A stretch of DNA of 64,000 bases from positions 1 to 64,000 of the IMG/VR virus record IMGVR_UViG_3300016644_000052; one strand, written 5' to 3'. The translations under genes and the position numbers were made by a program. The notes under the pieces were generated by a model that searched no databases, had not been told where the DNA came from, and worked only from the letters and a program-made list of their open reading frames with translations. Source of the stretch: a virus. Shown piece after piece: positions 62,001-64,000 of this stretch; position 1 is the first letter of the stretch; each line of letters begins with the position of its first letter.

Positions 62001-64000
62001 GCCATTGGTGACCCCATCCGCTTCGACGTAAAGCGCAGTTCGGAAAGCTTTGCGCTGCTCGGTGCTGGCATTCTGATAGCGGGCATATTCCATCAAGGCA
62101 TGGACAGCGACAGCCGAAGGGGCACCGCCAATTTCTTGCTTGATCGCCTCGATCCACGCAGGATCGAAACCGGCAGTCTCGCTCAGACCTTCGTTGTCGA
62201 GCCAGTTGCGCATGATTTCCAGAGACTTCGGCAGCTCAGTTTCGAGCTTCTTGAAGACCTCTTCGGCAGATTCTTCGCGCGAGACACGTTCAACCTTGAT
62301 CCCTAGAGCTTGAGCCAGGGCCAGAGAGAATGCCCTGAAGTCTTTGGTTCCACGGCTCGACAGATCCAGTTCCGACCAGCTCGGCAGAATGGCTTCACGC
62401 ACTAGCTTGCTGGCCTGCGGATTGTGCCGGCCTTGCATCTGCATACGGTTCACTCGGCTAAACTCGTATTCGTAGTAGATCGGCAGCTCACCAGCTTCGA
62501 TGTCTTGCGCCTCAGCCCGGTTCCGGACATCAGCAATCAGGCTCATTAGCGAGACATAGGCAGAATGAACCGTCCGGTTCTTACCATCGAGCGACTTCAG
62601 GTGATTCTTGTTGAGCGGTTTGCCATCGGTTTGACCGACCCCAAACAAGCTGACGACACCCATCTCGCCCAGCGCTTCGTAAAAACGAACCATCTGGGAG
62701 TTAATGAAGTGCGGCGTTTGCTGCTCTGCTTCGATAGCAGCTTTCTGCTGTTCAGTCAGCGGTGCCAGCTCGTTGCGCAGCTGCGAACGGGGAACTCGCT
62801 TTGATGGTTCGCCAATAAAGCGAGTCTCTTCTGGCTCGACCAGGACTGCATCTTCGATTGCTGTAGGGTATGCGTTCAGCGCTTCCTCAGCAGGAAGCCT
62901 AAAAGGGGCATACACATCTAAGGTTTTACTATCATACTCAAGTCTGGTTCTGGTTAGGCCACCAGAACTCATCAGGCCTCGGATGATTTCTTTAGCAACA
63001 GCTTCTGGAATACCTTCGACATAACCAGCCGAAGTTTTGCTATTGGAATCCAATCCCCAAAACTTTTTGATCTCTTGAGCCAAAGACCTAGAGATTTGAG
63101 GGGCGCCAACCCCATCGCTCAAAATAGTTAGGATATCAGTTTTTAGATTACCCTTATCATCCAGATAAGAGTACTCGGTGTACTCGTCAGCCGCGACTTC
63201 AATGTTCAAGCCATCAAACTCGCTAGAGCTTACTCCGAGGATCTCGGCAGCAGCATCTTCATCGACAGCGCCAATGTGCTTGTCAGCATTCAAGATCCAC
63301 TGAAGCCCGGCCAGAATAGCGCTTTCCAGCAATTCCTGGTTGTAAGAGAACGTACCATCTTCGTTCTCTTCAACGATGTTGAGTGCTTTGCCGCGTAGCT
63401 CGCGGTTGATTGCCTTGCCTTCAGCCAAGTGCTGGGCAACGCTTTTGCCATTGTAGTCGCTGTTCAAGAACTCCAGCAGATTGGCTTCCACCGCCTGCTT
63501 GATCTCGTCAGCCTGAGCTAGGAAACGCTGATACGACTGGGCAATGTCACTGTTGTAGCGCTTCTCCAGGATCTGCGAGCCGGTGAATGCCCCCAGCTTT
63601 GCAGCACTACTCAGCGCATCCCGGATAACCGACAGCGGAGCCTCTGATCCCGTGGTCCTGGACTTGGGATTTTCCGGAAGCTTGAATGCTTTTGTGAACC
63701 AGTTGGTCAGAGCCTTGACCTTTGAGCCAAGCAGGTTCGGAAACATTCCTTCAATCCCCTTCTTGGCAGGCTGGGGCTTAGCCTGCTCTGAAGGAGTTTC
63801 TTGATCCGCGTTGGTTACCGGGGCGGTTACCGTTAACTCTGAATCTTCTACGGGATTCGCGCTATCCGGTGCATCAGATTGGTTACCGGCTACGGATCCG
63901 GTATCGTCTGCTTTACCTTCGGACTGCGCTTCCGCCTGGGTCTGATCCGTGCCTTGGTTCTGAGCTTCTGGCTTGGAAACAGGATCGGAAGGAGCATCGG
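56085..64000 (-). CDS. virion-encapsidated RNA polymerase (N4 gp50-like vRNAP), partial; the 5' end lies beyond the window
   Basis: The frame has no stop from 56085 to 64000 (I checked it upstream of the track's first Met at 63746). Motifs: T/DxxGR-like RVNRMQMQGRHNPQ, motif A YVEADGVTNGPINAMAIL, motif B RGIAKNPLTITIYGSG, motif C LKVFDGMHM. Confidence 0.9.
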   Translation of the reverse strand, partial: DAPSDPVSKPEAQNQGTDQTQAEAQSEGKADDTGSVAGNQSDAPDSANPVEDSELTVTAPVTNADQETPSEQAKPQPAKKGIEGMFPNLLGSKVKALTNWFTKAFKLPENPKSRTTGSEAPLSVIRDALSSAAKLGAFTGSQILEKRYNSDIAQSYQRFLAQADEIKQAVEANLLEFLNSDYNGKSVAQHLAEGKAINRELRGKALNIVEENEDGTFSYNQELLESAILAGLQWILNADKHIGAVDEDAAAEILGVSSSEFDGLNIEVAADEYTEYSYLDDKGNLKTDILTILSDGVGAPQISRSLAQEIKKFWGLDSNSKTSAGYVEGIPEAVAKEIIRGLMSSGGLTRTRLEYDSKTLDVYAPFRLPAEEALNAYPTAIEDAVLVEPEETRFIGEPSKRVPRSQLRNELAPLTEQQKAAIEAEQQTPHFINSQMVRFYEALGEMGVVSLFGVGQTDGKPLNKNHLKSLDGKNRTVHSAYVSLMSLIADVRNRAEAQDIEAGELPIYYEYEFSRVNRMQMQGRHNPQASKLVREAILPSWSELDLSSRGTKDFRAFSLALAQALGIKVERVSREESAEEVFKKLETELPKSLEIMRNWLDNEGLSETAGFDPAWIEAIKQEIGGAPSAVAVHALMEYARYQNASTEQRKAFRTALYVEADGVTNGPINAMAILTSGQFSAEWIRNMAKGGLLFGNAKTMHEQRAADGKDLYQTVTDALKQGLSSVLNGNRNGPFGKQLTSVLDLMDLILPDLEFKNGELELKRGIAKNPLTITIYGSGENGIANNFAKALLDEVYARFSAASEAQAKDPSLSNAMAMFGKEANGDPERAEQLWNKFHTSLNQLIEFQLANGKQGPFLAATRRKFAPKRGTTFQELTFNRDDFRALQNNLLKVFVSPLRAAIESTLAGNMLENADLLRQATQVQSIAMQFEFQREVAKLYDSKRKDPNWKVGDFLYRSELQKILKNLLTKYPLVKTEHQNFFIAGSTSAEIDAVSLAQASKATEAQAMKNGKLKEKSSPELSRAFDESLRTAAEVYGPADSGVSGIPFLVIGTGDGQMMQNLATMDGAPTGTLKVFDGMHMKLSSIEEDSVKANQAAYQAWQSNPMQAVYDAFVVAAQNISLDNLSTAEHRALAKALYGLAEDENSISVASIKARLEAMPGQIKRAADEVAARQRVMARFKFSVDQMASVASPYVNEGEIDLSGLSPEDQAEILNEALAEELNQTKEAETNTRYLFGDEAPAKTVEPIEKALQQVGRVDARSGARVLSFTAVKNLNRILKAFPTSQQEVLSDVLRSLASKGYTVVVGSPAQTQAYARNHGKSHVPYNSGDKGVVRYSDKTIYLYEPSLETLVHELIHAATFEKVVGALNGDLKNAEQVEAVQRIEALMSQFMDISKTFSIEEGLAEANMAARRAIQAALNDATISPILARAKALNEFMAWSLSNEALIKQGKANQAKGIALLAQKAVAFIKKLVFGRKQVALPGNDMFSQLRFNTAILMQGQPSLSAQLGDTVSYQNAAYGQDDRLVALNQMLNDKIAAFLDSGDVYAKTRADNEVQDAITVGGNMALMFQAHGFPMTAQEQTTFEMMMQVMATSIKLDGNVMSRVQELYAHVEKTLTPSDFMADPESLDPAEEAAAQERYDAVMGKFLTLKDTKGRSTLMSSFLALATTNARFRDVLAKMEVPKNSRRKAKDLDGVLQNLGNEAMESLSLKMSGQDAKATNIKDALDSLNAAMVAVTQKRQGIIDQIAAPTGRKIDQLNQWVVDGMGALSRAAADKAQSVIDTTNSKAAKAAAQVVKIAAQMVTEEGGEAVASGAMSLVNKSDLPLAFKRLVSDFVGRTLSNQEVYDMIKLVRSTVQAVRQQFREHLPDTIANQFTRKIKDHEWTAMFKGMAMTDLAALKTFGRMSQTQVIELLADSSLRADKIRSLENDIRQMDPKHWNLLQKKSKELAHFMVTREAAQNQLRNAVAVADLLGEKVRNRPAASKEMISALNQLISLYAVNELDQNTKDTLVALAQTESKGMGFSLAQLEYNRKQEVLKADANGAKYNHYKGYAPMESDGSSSLVIEDDRNYADLVSRGYIRVAPYQPSSLELIGGGNYARRSYYYAPVSARAGYNQGIAQNIRPTAAGVDLDTGYTTGIMTAGRITDPVVIKDILDFPMTEQGSALLPVFSSAGEVVAFERSVDPVQLARLEQSTHLAKMLGAWRGRQVEESLAENVNETLVDNLKAMYDRDLNENPDKKREYVDLFDTTKLDPVLQDSMKLMTDEMKFYIRGVFGDRFMVRKDMVEDVVGYRSASIGDSWTGNTRLPKPVQEGIKNVATAAFGNDAYRYLVNAEKLLQNLVIEAKLFIVIKSVIVPVSNMAANVIQLSSRGVPMLDIVRGMKKKTAEVDSYTRSRLRLLDAQAELAAVEDDPLKRRKLQNEIQSIQDGHRRLSIWPLIEAGEFSSISDVAITHDEILLSSGKLNAYIEKQVDKLPQEVRTAGRYAIISRDTALFAGLQRAVQYGDFLAKAVLYDDLTTRGGKSQAEALGRISEEFVNYDRLPGRFRGALENNGLMWFYHFKIRSTKIAMSMLRNNPVHALLASFIPVPDFLGSVGSPIVDNAVALGLEGKLPYSIGPGQMFRAPMLLPWLNLVN

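Overview
The window looks like most of an N4-like (Schitoviridae-type) podophage genome, taken from a circularly permuted assembly. All family calls rest on motif recognition, gene order and the ORF track; no searches were run.

Layout:
- 1-23.3 kb, minus strand: late block. It holds virion and ejection proteins, major capsid, portal, an endolysin/holin/embedded-spanin lysis cassette, tail fibre genes and the large terminase.
- 23.3-24.6 kb: a 1.3 kb non-coding stretch between the diverging late and early blocks. It is probably the collapsed physical genome ends plus early control sites.
- 24.6-56.0 kb, plus strand: early and middle genes. These include the two-subunit T7-like RNAPII, a MoxR-type AAA ATPase with a vWA protein, dCTP deaminase, a Dda/RecD-like helicase, family A DNA polymerase, primase, a RecA-like ATPase, a putative SSB and a RuvC-like resolvase.
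- 56.1-64.0 kb, minus strand: the giant virion RNA polymerase. Its ORF is still open at the window edge.

Unusual content on this conserved backbone:
1. An integration module (Xis-like HTH, tyrosine integrase, 3' half of tRNA-Pro(CGG) as a likely attP) inside the replication module of a phage type regarded as strictly lytic.
2. An HNH homing-endonuclease cassette carrying a recoded duplicate of the 5' end of the RNAPII large-subunit gene. The two RNAPII subunit genes are also separated by extra genes.
3. A family A DNA polymerase split between motifs A and B by a roughly 0.4 kb insertion.
4. A 3.4 kb array of tiny, translationally coupled genes with a recurring ATGACTGA junction. It includes an R67/DfrB-type dihydrofolate reductase and a winged-helix gene interrupted by an in-frame amber codon.
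5. A DUF2829 (Tad2-like) protein.
6. A seven-blade propeller gene built from near-identical 129-bp repeats, next to the tail fibre gene.
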